Source: a virus (lineage: Duplodnaviria > Heunggongvirae > Uroviricota > Caudoviricetes). From it: a stretch of DNA of 64,000 bases. The translations under genes and the position numbers were made by a program. This document shows positions 1 to 9,517 of this stretch, piece by piece. Numbering within the stretch: the stretch's first letter is position 1; each line of letters begins with the position of its first letter. The stretch lies in the IMG/VR virus record IMGVR_UViG_2506381017_000002. One strand, given 5' to 3'. The notes under the pieces are model-generated. The model had not been told where the DNA came from. It saw only the letters and a list, made by a program, of their open reading frames with translations, and ran no database searches.

Positions 1-161
1 TACTGATAGATGCAAATCTGTGACTTGCCTATCTTGAATTTTATATAATGACTGAGCATTGAGATATGAATTCTTAATGCTCTTTATTTTATGTTTAGTC
101 ACAACAAAAATACTAAAATAAATTAATTGCGACAGGAAAATTAATACATAGAACGAAAGGA

Positions 162-653
162 ATGTCTTACATAGCGAAGAATAAAGCAGGAACATGGTTT
201 GGACAAAAAATAGAAAAAGACGGTTATAAGTTCGATTCAATTAAAGAATATAACTTTTACGAAAACTTTGTTAAGCCGTCTGGATTAAAGTTCGAAGTGC
301 ATAAGGGATTTAAGTTGCATCCTATTATTGAACTGCAAAATGGTGATTTGAGACTTAGATCTAGTATTTATACACCAGACTTTGTTATCTATAACGAAGA
401 TGGCGGAATGAAGCATGTGATTGATATTAAGTCAGGATTTACTCAATTCGCTATTGATTCTGCTGCAGCATTAAGATTCAAGTTGTTTGCGGATAAATAC
501 AAAATCCCCGTTGAAGTTATTGTCCCAAGAGTTCATGACTTTCGAGTGAAGATCATGGGGACTACGAAGAAATTTGATCCACTTATTAGAGAAGATTTGA
601 CGTATAACACATCTGAATTAGTAAAGGAAGCTTTTTCGAATTTGAAGGACTGA
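162..653 (+). CDS. PD-(D/E)XK nuclease-fold protein (DUF1064-like phage protein)
   Basis: The 163 aa ORF contains a 'PDFVIY...VIDIKSG' D...(D/E)xK arrangement typical of restriction-endonuclease-like folds. Family assignment is from memory only. Confidence 0.4.
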   Translation: MSYIAKNKAGTWFGQKIEKDGYKFDSIKEYNFYENFVKPSGLKFEVHKGFKLHPIIELQNGDLRLRSSIYTPDFVIYNEDGGMKHVIDIKSGFTQFAIDSAAALRFKLFADKYKIPVEVIVPRVHDFRVKIMGTTKKFDPLIREDLTYNTSELVKEAFSNLKD

Positions 654-659
654 ATTAGT

Positions 660-950
660 ATGGTTTACAACATTTGGAACGATCCAGAAATTGAGATTGT
701 TGAGGCAGCTATTAGCAGGTATATAGATAATATTGACGATGAAGATATTATGTTAACCGTAAAAGCCTTAAAGGAACCATATCCTAAGGATATTGAAGGC
801 TACGAAAACATTCGGGCTAAATTGCTGATTGAAATGCGGGACACCTATTTCATTGACATTGAGGATGTAAACAATCTCAATTATTTTAACGATAAATTAA
901 AAGAAAGGTTGCTAAATAATGGCTTCAATTTGGGAAAAGACATTCGGTAA
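660..950 (+). CDS. hypothetical protein
   Basis: 96 aa ORF packed tightly with its neighbours; no recognisable motif. Confidence 0.4.
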   Translation: MVYNIWNDPEIEIVEAAISRYIDNIDDEDIMLTVKALKEPYPKDIEGYENIRAKLLIEMRDTYFIDIEDVNNLNYFNDKLKERLLNNGFNLGKDIR

Positions 951-1230
951 ACGAAACGCTAAGAAAAACGTTACCCGAGAATTGTCTGAAAAGATTATTG
1001 AATACAAAAATGCCTATGGTTACGAAACAATTGCAGAAGCAGTGGTTCAAGTAGGTAATTCATACGAATTTGCTAAAGATATGGACCATGCAGCTCCAAT
1101 TTACGCAGTATGGAGAAGTGCCAAGGAACTAAATGTACTTGATGTGGCTGTTATGAGAGCCATCGTGCATCAAGATGAGTATGAAAGTGATTCTGACGAT
1201 ACTTCGGGCACTAGCTTAGCAATGGTGTAG
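919..1230 (+). CDS. hypothetical protein
   Basis: 103 aa ORF with a modest RBS; acidic C-terminus. Confidence 0.4.
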   Translation: MASIWEKTFGKRNAKKNVTRELSEKIIEYKNAYGYETIAEAVVQVGNSYEFAKDMDHAAPIYAVWRSAKELNVLDVAVMRAIVHQDEYESDSDDTSGTSLAMV

Positions 1231-1264
1231 TTAGTAAAAGGTGGATTTTAACAGGAGGACATAT

Positions 1265-2539
1265 ATGAAGTTTATCGACTTTTTTGCCGGAATTGGAGGC
1301 TTCCATTCTGGTTTAGAAAATGCCGGTCATGAAATGGTCGGTTGGGTTGAATGGGATAAATTTGCTCGTCAATCATATGAAGCAATGTATGACACAGAAG
1401 GGAAGTATACAGCTAATGACATTAAATCAATTAAAGATGGAAAAGAACTCCCAGAAGCAGACCTCTGGGCGTTCGGTAGTCCATGCACCAACATCAGTTT
1501 GGCCGGCAATCGAAAAGGACTCCAAGGAGAACAATCAAGCATGTTCTTTGAAGTTATCAGACTCCTTAAAGACAGAACTTGGGAAGAGAAACCTTCCTAT
1601 CTCCTCATGGAAAATGTTAAAAACCTTCTTGGTTCAAACAAAGGATTTGACTTCTTCCGAGTTCTCTATGAAATGGACGAAGCTGGGTATGATGTCGAAT
1701 GGGAAGTGTTTAATTCCAGCTGGGTTATCCCTCAAAACCGTGAACGGGTATACATCATTGGGCACAAGCGCGGCATAGAATACAAACCCGTCTTTCCTAT
1801 CAATCGCGGTGAACTAGAGAAGAAGCGAAAGTACAACGTTCTACGTGATGTGCTTGAAACTAGTGTAGATAGCAAGTTTTACCTTTCTAAAGATAAGGTG
1901 GAACAATTACTAGTCAACGATAAAAAATCCACCTTTTTGAATACTGGTAAAGTCAAAATTTTTGGGAACACTTCAAACACAGGACATGGCAGTGAAGACG
2001 TGTTACAGGAAGACGGAGTATCAAAGACATTAACTGCTACCAATTATAGACATCCAGTTAAAGTCGCCACCGAAGTAAAGCAGGTTGGAAATATTAGTCA
2101 TTCAACTAGCTTTGGAGGAAATCCTCAAACAGGACGTGTTTATGATGAGTCTGGATTATCCCCTACATTAAATACGATGCAGGGTGGTGGAAGAGAACCA
2201 AAAGTTTTAGTCGAACCATGTTTAACTCCTGATAGAGTTAATAAACGGCAGAATGGACGGCGTTTTAAGAACAATGATGAACCAAATTTCACGTTAACTG
2301 CGGCCGATCGTCATGGAATTTTGCTTAGTAACGGTAAAACATATGTTATTAGAAAATTGACTCCACTTGAATGTTGGAGATTGCAAGGATTCACAGATGA
2401 ACAATTTAACAAAGCAAAGGAAGCTGGAGTAAGTAATAGTCAGCTTTATAAACAAGCCGGTAATGCGGTAACAGTACCAATCGTCGAAGCAATTGGAGAG
2501 AAATTAAATGAAAAACTGGTTAAAGAACAACAAGTATAA
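1265..2539 (+). CDS. DNA (cytosine-5)-methyltransferase
   Basis: AGGAGG sits 7 nt upstream of the ATG at 1265. The protein carries motif I FIDFFAGIGGF, motif IV GSPCTNIS (PC-T instead of PC-Q), motif VI ENVKNL, QNRERVYIIG, and C-terminal motif X GNAVTVPIV. Confidence 0.9.
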   Translation: MKFIDFFAGIGGFHSGLENAGHEMVGWVEWDKFARQSYEAMYDTEGKYTANDIKSIKDGKELPEADLWAFGSPCTNISLAGNRKGLQGEQSSMFFEVIRLLKDRTWEEKPSYLLMENVKNLLGSNKGFDFFRVLYEMDEAGYDVEWEVFNSSWVIPQNRERVYIIGHKRGIEYKPVFPINRGELEKKRKYNVLRDVLETSVDSKFYLSKDKVEQLLVNDKKSTFLNTGKVKIFGNTSNTGHGSEDVLQEDGVSKTLTATNYRHPVKVATEVKQVGNISHSTSFGGNPQTGRVYDESGLSPTLNTMQGGGREPKVLVEPCLTPDRVNKRQNGRRFKNNDEPNFTLTAADRHGILLSNGKTYVIRKLTPLECWRLQGFTDEQFNKAKEAGVSNSQLYKQAGNAVTVPIVEAIGEKLNEKLVKEQQV

Positions 2540-2768
2540 AATTATCATTTTACCTGCGGTTTTATTAGTTGGAATTTTCGTTGGCGGTTGCACTAATGGT
2601 GAGACAAAGGCAGATATTCAGGATATTCTCGATGATGCTAGTTTTACCTCTAAAATTGTTGTAGATAAGGAAACAAGCGTTGAATACATTGTTGTTAAAC
2701 GTGGAATTAATGTTTATGGAATTTCACCTCGTTTAAACAGTGATGGCAAACCTATTATTAAAAAATAA
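2508..2768 (+). CDS. small putative lipoprotein
   Basis: Signal peptide ending in a lipobox-like LVGIFVGGC-TNG; GGAGAG RBS upstream. Confidence 0.5.
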   Translation: MKNWLKNNKYKIIILPAVLLVGIFVGGCTNGETKADIQDILDDASFTSKIVVDKETSVEYIVVKRGINVYGISPRLNSDGKPIIKK

Positions 2769-2784
2769 GGAGAGAATTAATTAA

Positions 2785-2928
2785 ATGACAGGATTAAAAG
2801 CACAAATTAAGAAGTATTTACGTAGCAACGGAATTAACATGATTACTAACGATCAAGGGCGTTCAATTCGTTTGGGTAATGCGAAAACACAAGATTTACT
2901 CAAGGTAGCAGTAAAGCATGGTTTCTAA
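2785..2928 (+). CDS. small hypothetical protein (47 aa)
   Basis: ATG preceded by AAGGAGAG; too short for the ORF track; basic, no motif. Confidence 0.3.
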   Translation: MTGLKAQIKKYLRSNGINMITNDQGRSIRLGNAKTQDLLKVAVKHGF

Positions 2929-3154
2929 ATTAAAGAAAAAGTTTTCAACCCTACCAACCTGGTTTCAATACTATTTAATTATACTTTCTATATTTTTGGG
3001 CTTTGTACTTTTTATGTTTCTTCCAATATTTTTAGCAACCTTTTGTTTTTGTTCTGGACACTGGATTTGGGGATTGCTAACGGTGTTCTTTGTTGCTCTT
3101 CCTTCAATAACATTTATCACTGTTTGGACAAATGAACACGATGGATGGTGGTAA
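2918..3154 (+). CDS. small membrane protein
   Basis: 78 aa with two strongly hydrophobic helices. Confidence 0.45.
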   Translation: MVSKLKKKFSTLPTWFQYYLIILSIFLGFVLFMFLPIFLATFCFCSGHWIWGLLTVFFVALPSITFITVWTNEHDGWW

Positions 3155-3420
3155 CAATCGAGACATTAGTTAAAGAAAAGGAAGTTAAAAGCGCCCAGAC
3201 TATAACGGCGTTGGGCTGTACTTATTGCCAGGAACCATACAAGAAAATGTGGTTATTTGACGGCTTACTCTACTTGCAAATTGAACATGCCGATGGTCTG
3301 CATTATTTAAATGTAGTACCTAATGGTGATTCAGAAGACGTGGGGTTCTTGTATAATCTTTGCGCTAGTCAAGAAATACATTTTTGTCCTATGTGCGGAG
3401 AAGGATTTAAGGAGGAATAA
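3145..3420 (+). CDS. zinc-ribbon protein (paralog A)
   Basis: CTYCQEP ... CPMCGEGFKEE; the same arrangement appears in the next ORF. Confidence 0.5.
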   Translation: MVVTIETLVKEKEVKSAQTITALGCTYCQEPYKKMWLFDGLLYLQIEHADGLHYLNVVPNGDSEDVGFLYNLCASQEIHFCPMCGEGFKEE

Positions 3421-3626
3421 TGAAATTAACTGAAAAGCAAAAGAATTGTCCGTACTGTCAGGAACCTAAGATGACCTTTATTGGAGAAGATGGAGTTCTT
3501 TATCAAGTTAGTGAAGATGCCTTCACAACACCAAAGCTAATTACGATAACCAATGGTCAAACTCACATTGTTAAGATTGAATATTGTCCAATGTGCGGTC
3601 GTTCTCTGAAAGAGGAGGAAAAATAA
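3420..3626 (+). CDS. zinc-ribbon protein (paralog B)
   Basis: CPYCQEP ... CPMCGRSLKEEE; strong AAGGAGG RBS. Confidence 0.55.
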   Translation: MKLTEKQKNCPYCQEPKMTFIGEDGVLYQVSEDAFTTPKLITITNGQTHIVKIEYCPMCGRSLKEEEK

Positions 3627-3829
3627 TGAACATCTATGAAGTCATGCGCTCTAAGGGATTACATTTTGGTAGCCATATTGTGATAGCTAAGAACGAGGAA
3701 AACGCTAAAAGATTGGTTGCAGATATGCTAAATGAAACTCAAACTGCTATTTTTTATAAGCCTAGTGAGTTTGTAGTTAGTGGTCCAATTGATCCCGACA
3801 ATTACTTCGAAGAGACGGTGATCGCTTAA
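3626..3829 (+). CDS. hypothetical protein, paralog of the minus-strand gene at 21324-21539
   Basis: GAGGAGG RBS before the ATG at 3626. The protein shares 'IYEV...ENA.RLV...SGPIDPDNYFEETVIA' with the minus-strand gene at 21324-21539 (...SSPIDPNDYAEETIIN). Confidence 0.55.
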   Translation: MNIYEVMRSKGLHFGSHIVIAKNEENAKRLVADMLNETQTAIFYKPSEFVVSGPIDPDNYFEETVIA

Positions 3830-4089
3830 TGCTACATAAATACACAAAGATAACGGCTATTGAAGCTGAGCAGTTTGATGGTTCGGATGAAATGATGAAT
3901 AAATATTGTATTACTGATGATGGCTGGGGAGAAACGTTCACTTTTCGGAAAGATAATAATTGTCTACCACTAAAGCGTGGCTGGTGGATTATTAATCTTG
4001 GAAAGATTACCGTGTTTGATGTGACATTCACCGATTGGAGAACTATGAGTGATGAAAAATTTCGTAGAACTTACAAGAGGTGTGATTAA
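3829..4089 (+). CDS. hypothetical protein
   Basis: 86 aa ORF; start overlaps the preceding stop (TAATG). Confidence 0.4.
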   Translation: MLHKYTKITAIEAEQFDGSDEMMNKYCITDDGWGETFTFRKDNNCLPLKRGWWIINLGKITVFDVTFTDWRTMSDEKFRRTYKRCD

Positions 4090-4319
4090 TGAGTAGTAGC
4101 AGAGCGAGAAATCATCAAGATTTAGTATGGGAAGCCCAGCATTTCAAACACTCTCATAGAAGATACGTTAAGCACTTCATAATTCGCTCGTATCATTCAA
4201 GAACACGATGGCGTCAATTAAGGAGAGAATGTCATATGAATATTTTCTCTTACCTATATCTTCATGCTACTCGTATTAAATCAACACCTAGAGGAAAGTG
4301 GAGTGACAATAATGAATAA
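4089..4319 (+). CDS. hypothetical basic protein (doubtful)
   Basis: Arg/His-rich 76 aa with an AAGAGG-like RBS; composition looks odd for a real protein. Confidence 0.2.
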   Translation: MSSSRARNHQDLVWEAQHFKHSHRRYVKHFIIRSYHSRTRWRQLRRECHMNIFSYLYLHATRIKSTPRGKWSDNNE

Positions 4320-4518
4320 ATGGGAAATATTCATGCAAGGATTTTTCTCAGCGTTTAATTCTTATGCGTTATTTATATCTGTATTTGGCGATTATAGAGT
4401 AAAGCTTATCACTGGAGCTGAGTGGGTATTATCTGAACATCCTGGTTGGAAATTTGCTCTAGTATCACTTTTCTTGGTTGGATTAGTTTGTTCAATTTAC
4501 AGTGTACGGAAAGGGTAG
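4312..4518 (+). CDS. small membrane protein
   Basis: GGAAAGTGGAG RBS before the ATG at 4312; two hydrophobic helices. Confidence 0.4.
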   Translation: MNKWEIFMQGFFSAFNSYALFISVFGDYRVKLITGAEWVLSEHPGWKFALVSLFLVGLVCSIYSVRKG

Positions 4519-4528
4519 GAAAGACTGA

Positions 4529-4930
4529 ATGAGTAAAGAAAAATGTCCATACTGTCATTTTGTTGACATTAACGATCCCGATAGCGATCCATTAGATACC
4601 ATTATCAGCTCAGGTAACGACATAGAACTATTTATGCGACCCAATCGAACATTTGAAGCTATTCTTAACTGTTATGACGGAGTTGATGGAGATTATAGTT
4701 TCGCATACAAGATTCCTGACACACTTAATTATTGTTATCACTGTGGCCGTCGCCTAGATGGGAAAGAGGGTATAGACTGGAACGATTTATTAATAAAGAT
4801 TGGATTCACATTATCATTACTTCTCGTCCCTATTAGCATAACTTTAGCAGTTACAGTTAGTCCAAACTTCTTATGCGGAGTTATGTTGGGTATTATTTTG
4901 CCAGTCATTTCTATTGTTTGGGTGGATTAG
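4529..4930 (+). CDS. zinc-ribbon protein with C-terminal transmembrane anchor
   Basis: CPYCHF ... CYHCGRR followed by two hydrophobic helices. Confidence 0.5.
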   Translation: MSKEKCPYCHFVDINDPDSDPLDTIISSGNDIELFMRPNRTFEAILNCYDGVDGDYSFAYKIPDTLNYCYHCGRRLDGKEGIDWNDLLIKIGFTLSLLLVPISITLAVTVSPNFLCGVMLGIILPVISIVWVD

Positions 4931-4943
4931 GAGGTTAATAAAT

Positions 4944-5795
4944 ATGGCAATTAAATTATTTAGCATAGGATTATTTGACGAGAAAGATGAGCTCACCAGT
5001 ATCAATATGAAAATTTTCCCGGATCACACACCGCTTATTCATGTAGATATAGAAGGATTCGAGCTATCTACCCTCAAGCTCGAAATTAGATGGGATTATG
5101 AGAATGATTCTGAATTAATGGATCTCATTTATATTACTCGTTATCTACAAGACAAAGGTGCTCCTCATATTGGCTTGACGATGCCTTATATCCCTAATGC
5201 ACGTTATGATCGGATCAATAACGACGATGAAGTCTTTACACTCAAATATTTTGCCGAAGTAATTAATTCCCTTCACTTTGATTATGTGGATGTTTTAGAT
5301 GCACATTCGAACGTTAGTCTTGCATTGATTGATAGAGTACGGCAAATAGATGTTGCTCCGTTAATTCAAAAGGCTATTGACGACTTTAAACCAGATGTTC
5401 TGTTTATGCCTGATGAGGGAGCACATAAACGTTACTCAAAGATGTTCACCCTTCCGTCAACGTTTGGTATTAAGACACGTGATTGGAGAACGGGTGAGAT
5501 CAAAGATTACTTCTTGGCTGAACAAAATTTAGTTGAAGATAGGCGTGTATTAATTATCGATGATATTTGTTCAAGAGGTGGTACTTTCTATTACTCTTCA
5601 AAATTACTTCGTGATAATGGTGCTACTTCAACTGGTTTATATGTAACCCATTGCGAAGAGAACATCGCTAATGGCAATTTACTCAATAAAGAAAAATCAG
5701 GCATTGAACAAATTTATACAGCTAATCCACTATGGCATAGAGATATGACCACATCAGTATATTCGCCATTAGACGAGATTAAAGTCATTGACTAG
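4944..5795 (+). CDS. ribose-phosphate pyrophosphokinase family protein (Prs-like; candidate ADP-ribose pyrophosphokinase Adps of NARP1)
   Basis: GGAGG RBS before the ATG at 4944. PYIPNARYDR matches the Prs PYYGYARQDR region, MPDEGAHKR matches the Prs SPDHGGV region, and the PRTase loop VLIIDDICSRGGT is present. The protein is 283 aa. Confidence 0.8.
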   Translation: MAIKLFSIGLFDEKDELTSINMKIFPDHTPLIHVDIEGFELSTLKLEIRWDYENDSELMDLIYITRYLQDKGAPHIGLTMPYIPNARYDRINNDDEVFTLKYFAEVINSLHFDYVDVLDAHSNVSLALIDRVRQIDVAPLIQKAIDDFKPDVLFMPDEGAHKRYSKMFTLPSTFGIKTRDWRTGEIKDYFLAEQNLVEDRRVLIIDDICSRGGTFYYSSKLLRDNGATSTGLYVTHCEENIANGNLLNKEKSGIEQIYTANPLWHRDMTTSVYSPLDEIKVID

Positions 5796-5805
5796 GAGGA
5801 ATTAA

Positions 5806-7326
5806 ATGACAAAACCGTATTTAGCAACAGATTTTTATAAAGTATCACATGCAATGAATCGACTAAATAAGCCGGCTCTTCACCCAGAAAGTATTGAATA
5901 TATTTATGAGGTGTTGACTCCACGTCAGAATTCATTCTTCCCATACGATGACAAGATGGTTGTGTTTGGCTATGAATTCTTTGTTGCACGTCTGTTGGGC
6001 GAATGGCAAACAGAGTTCTTTGACAAAGATTGGGAAGATATTAAGTTAGACTTTTATGTATTTTTCGAAATGTCAGATAGCCTTGTTTATCGTTCAATGG
6101 TTGAAAAACTCAAGCAATTACATGATTTGGGACATTTACCATTAGAAATTCGGTCATTGCCTGAAGGGTCATTAGTCCCAATGAGAGTTCCTGTGTTATC
6201 AATCAAAAATACTGATCCAGATTTCTATTGGCTTCCAGGTTTCTTAGAAACGACACTACTCGCAAATACTTTTGTAACAACTGGTACTGCTAGTGTGGCA
6301 CGTCAATTCCGTAAGATCGCTGAACATTATGGTGATGTTTCAGCAGACGATAAGGCTTATATTGATTTCCAATTCCACGACTTTTCACAACGAGGACAAC
6401 ATGGAGATGATGCTGCCGTTCTTTCTGGTATCGGACACTTGTCTAGTTTTAAGGGGACAGATGCAGTTCCAGCCGTAGATGAATTATTAAGAGTATATGG
6501 TGGACTTACCCCAGATGAACTAATCGGTGGATCAGTTGTTGCTACAGAACATTCAATTATGGAATCACTTGGTGGTGAATTTGGAACAGATAAGGAAGGT
6601 CAACTTAAAGCTTATGAGTCTTTAATAGATCGAAATCCAGATGGCGTCATTTCTGTTGTTTCAGACACCTACCAATATTGGGACGTTATTGATTATGTAT
6701 TGCCACAACTTAAAGAAAAGATTATGGCTCGTGATGGCAAGTTAGTTATTCGTCCTGATTCTCTTGATGAGTATCGTAAGGCGACTGGTCAAACTATTAA
6801 GTCTACTGAAGATCAATTAGTAACAACACTCCAGGCGTTATATGACACTTTCGGCGGCCATATTAATTCTAAGGGATACAAAGTGCTTGACCAACATATC
6901 GGATTAATTCACGGCGAAGGAATTACCCTAGATAATATTCGACCAATGTTTGATGCCATCTTAAATGCTGGTTTCTCTGCCGAAAATATTGTTTTCGGAT
7001 TAGGAGCTTATGTTTATTCCGTTAAGGTTTCACGTGATGATTTCGGACAAGCTTTGAAAGCTACCGCTTGCGTTATTGATGGTAAAGAGAAAGTTATTTT
7101 TAAGGCGCCTCATTCAAAAAAAGAAGCGTTCAAGCGTTCTCCTCATGGGGCGGTATCAATCCATGGTAAATCTGGGGAATATCATATGATTGAAAATTTG
7201 ACTATGGAAGAAGCAGCTAACGATAAAGATAATCAAATGACTTTGCTGTACAGTCCCAAATACGGTAATCGTGTCACATCATTACGAGATATTCGTCAAA
7301 AAATCTTAGATGGATTAGATAAGTGA
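5806..7326 (+). CDS. nadV: nicotinamide phosphoribosyltransferase family protein (NadV / candidate Namat)
   Basis: N-terminal LATDFYKVSH matches the NAMPT LATDSYKVTH signature. The protein is 506 aa with a strong AGGAGG RBS, 10 nt after the Prs-like gene. Confidence 0.8.
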   Translation: MTKPYLATDFYKVSHAMNRLNKPALHPESIEYIYEVLTPRQNSFFPYDDKMVVFGYEFFVARLLGEWQTEFFDKDWEDIKLDFYVFFEMSDSLVYRSMVEKLKQLHDLGHLPLEIRSLPEGSLVPMRVPVLSIKNTDPDFYWLPGFLETTLLANTFVTTGTASVARQFRKIAEHYGDVSADDKAYIDFQFHDFSQRGQHGDDAAVLSGIGHLSSFKGTDAVPAVDELLRVYGGLTPDELIGGSVVATEHSIMESLGGEFGTDKEGQLKAYESLIDRNPDGVISVVSDTYQYWDVIDYVLPQLKEKIMARDGKLVIRPDSLDEYRKATGQTIKSTEDQLVTTLQALYDTFGGHINSKGYKVLDQHIGLIHGEGITLDNIRPMFDAILNAGFSAENIVFGLGAYVYSVKVSRDDFGQALKATACVIDGKEKVIFKAPHSKKEAFKRSPHGAVSIHGKSGEYHMIENLTMEEAANDKDNQMTLLYSPKYGNRVTSLRDIRQKILDGLDK

Positions 7327-7339
7327 GGTTAATAAAATA

Positions 7340-7507
7340 ATGATTTTATCATTCTTAATAACAGTAGGATTCTTTCTATTTACAGTTTTTCTAGCGTGCG
7401 CCATGTGTTCAGATATTCCATGGCTAGAAATTCCAGCGGGGATTTTTATATTAGTGATGGTGTTTGGGGCATTGTGGTGGGCTGTTTACACGAGCTTCAT
7501 ACAATAA
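7340..7507 (+). CDS. small membrane protein (55 aa)
   Basis: ATG after GTGAGGT; two hydrophobic helices; below the ORF-track length cutoff. Confidence 0.35.
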   Translation: MILSFLITVGFFLFTVFLACAMCSDIPWLEIPAGIFILVMVFGALWWAVYTSFIQ

Positions 7508-7522
7508 CGAAAGGTTGATTTA

Positions 7523-7939
7523 ATGGCAGAAAATAAAATTAATAAATTACGAAAGAAATTAAAGAAAACAATTAAAAAATTTAATGAAAGTCAATGTAAG
7601 TATGTAGCCGTTGGTAAACACGCAGACAATACAGATATTGTAATGATTATAGATAGTTGGGGCGCAGATTCTCTACGGCATATCTTAACTATTCGTCCTG
7701 GTGGGATTTATTCTACAGATAGATCAACATTTAAGATTAATGACAACTTGTTAGAATTTATGACAAATTCCTATGAGTTGGTTAAAAAATTAAACGATAC
7801 TGAAATTCACAGTGCTGACACTAAAGCTTTAGATACACATAAAATTCCAGCACCTAAAAATCCGTTTAATAACAATAACTCAATTGCACAGGGTATTCCA
7901 TTTGATTGCAAGGAACCAGGAAACAGAGCTGTATTATAA
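7523..7939 (+). CDS. hypothetical protein
   Basis: 138 aa with a GAAAGG RBS. Confidence 0.45.
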   Translation: MAENKINKLRKKLKKTIKKFNESQCKYVAVGKHADNTDIVMIIDSWGADSLRHILTIRPGGIYSTDRSTFKINDNLLEFMTNSYELVKKLNDTEIHSADTKALDTHKIPAPKNPFNNNNSIAQGIPFDCKEPGNRAVL

Positions 7940-7959
7940 GGAGGAAATTGACATATTAA

Positions 7960-8787
7960 ATGAGAGTAAGTGAATGCTATCCAGGGCTAAAGGTGGGATA
8001 TTTAATTCTATTAGAAAAGACACATTTAATAGTAGCGGGACATAACAGAACTGCATATAAATGCAAATGCGATTGTGGAAAAATTGTTACTCGTACAGCT
8101 TTGAGCCTTCATCCTAATGCGCATTGTGGAGCTAGTTTTCATAATAGAAAATACTATCATCCAGATGGTATGTCTAAAGATGGTTTTCGTAAGGTTTATA
8201 CAACATGGTATAAAATAAAAAGCCGGTGCGAAGATCCAAATGACAAAGATTATCACAATTATGGTGCGCGTGGTATTACTTTATGCGATGAATGGCACGA
8301 ACTAAATAATTTTGTCAAATGGTATTGGGAGGAAAGTAATCATGAGATCTTAAGCCCCAAATATCAAACTGTAGACAGAATAGACGTAAACAAAGGCTAC
8401 TCTCCAACTAATTGCAGATTACTTACTATGGTTCAACAATCGAATAATAAACGCACGAATAAAATTGTTGAAATTGATGGAGAAAAATTGACATATAGTG
8501 AAGCAGCTAGAAAATATAATATCAAAAAAGATACGGTACGGTGGAGATATTTACATGGCAAAAGAGGTTGGGACTTAGTTGATCATCATGATAGTTCTAA
8601 GGTATATGTGTTCATTGATGGTGAAGAAATGACTCTTAAAGAGATTAGTGAAGCCTACAATATCCCTATAACAACTCTATATCATTGGCGGAAACACAAA
8701 AAAGATAGATGTGAGTTTGAAACGAAAGTACATAATTATAAGGAGGAACAAAGCATTGAGCACGAACAAGAGCTTCAACTATCCTGA
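7960..8787 (+). CDS. Cys-rich phage protein, HNH/homing-endonuclease-like family (paralog of the minus-strand gene at 25118-25831)
   Basis: N-terminal CYPG..G.L.L.EK followed by CxCDCG...C. It shares W..M..RC..pnd..Y..YG.RGI.vC.EW..f.nF..W with the minus-strand gene at 25118-25831. The functional call is tentative. Confidence 0.5.
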   Translation: MRVSECYPGLKVGYLILLEKTHLIVAGHNRTAYKCKCDCGKIVTRTALSLHPNAHCGASFHNRKYYHPDGMSKDGFRKVYTTWYKIKSRCEDPNDKDYHNYGARGITLCDEWHELNNFVKWYWEESNHEILSPKYQTVDRIDVNKGYSPTNCRLLTMVQQSNNKRTNKIVEIDGEKLTYSEAARKYNIKKDTVRWRYLHGKRGWDLVDHHDSSKVYVFIDGEEMTLKEISEAYNIPITTLYHWRKHKKDRCEFETKVHNYKEEQSIEHEQELQLS

Positions 8788-9457
8788 TAACGAATTATAT
8801 CAATTTGTTCAGGAAGAATTACATAAACGAGGTATTACAGCATATTCTATTGGTGAGATTGCATACGAAATGCAGCATGATTATTTGCCAGATTATGAAA
8901 TTAGCGATTTTGCGGAACAATTCAGCGAAGTTCTTAAGAAGCGTGAGGTATTAAATCTTCTTGCATTTGCATTTGAACTAGACAATCTTGCTAATAAACG
9001 TATGTTTAGTGAACCAATTCAAAATATTATTGAAAATGATGCTGGCTTCTGGCAGATTGATGAAATTTTAGCTTCATCCTTGGCACAATTATTCGGCATG
9101 CTTGCGATTACGAATTACGGATACCTTGACAAAAATAAAGTAGGAATTGCAAGACGACTTGATGAGGAGGACAGTATTACTGTATTTTCAGACGATATTG
9201 TTTCTGCTCTTGCTTCGGCAGTAATTGGTCGCTGTGGTCATGGTTCCAAGCTGGAACTTGATGACAATACTGTAGAAGATAAACAAATTAATGATGAATT
9301 TAAAGAACTCAAGTTTGTGGTAAACGGTAAAGAAGTTGAACCCCAAGGCGATCTACGTTATTTTGCGAAGCCTATTAAGAGTGATCGTAAATTACCTAAT
9401 TGGGATCTAAATAAGTTTGCAAATGATTTAGGAAAAGCAATTAATAATTCACGGTAA
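8757..9457 (+). CDS. phosphatidylglycerophosphatase A family protein (PgpA/YutG-like)
   Basis: TTG start at 8757 with AAGGAGG 9 nt upstream. The blocks KRGITAYSIGEIAYEMQ, EPIQNIIENDAGFWQIDEILAS, ITNYGYLDK and FSDDIVSALASAV align with Bacillus YutG as I remember it. Confidence 0.65.
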
Positions 9458-9517
9458 CTCGCTGATAGCTTAGAAGAAGAATTCAGTCACGATTATTATG
9501 TCAACCTGAGTGTAGAC

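Noticed and set aside
1320-1778. 152 aa plus-strand ORF in an alternative frame inside the methyltransferase gene
   Set aside because: It overlaps the well-supported MTase reading frame entirely and has no RBS or motif.
3777-4031. 84 aa minus-strand ORF antisense to plus-strand genes
   Set aside because: It lies antisense within a tightly packed plus-strand operon; no RBS; composition typical of a shadow ORF.
5792-6478. Track ORFs 5792-5989 (minus) and 6293-6478 (plus) overlapping nadV
   Set aside because: They lie inside or antisense to the strongly supported NAMPT-family gene.
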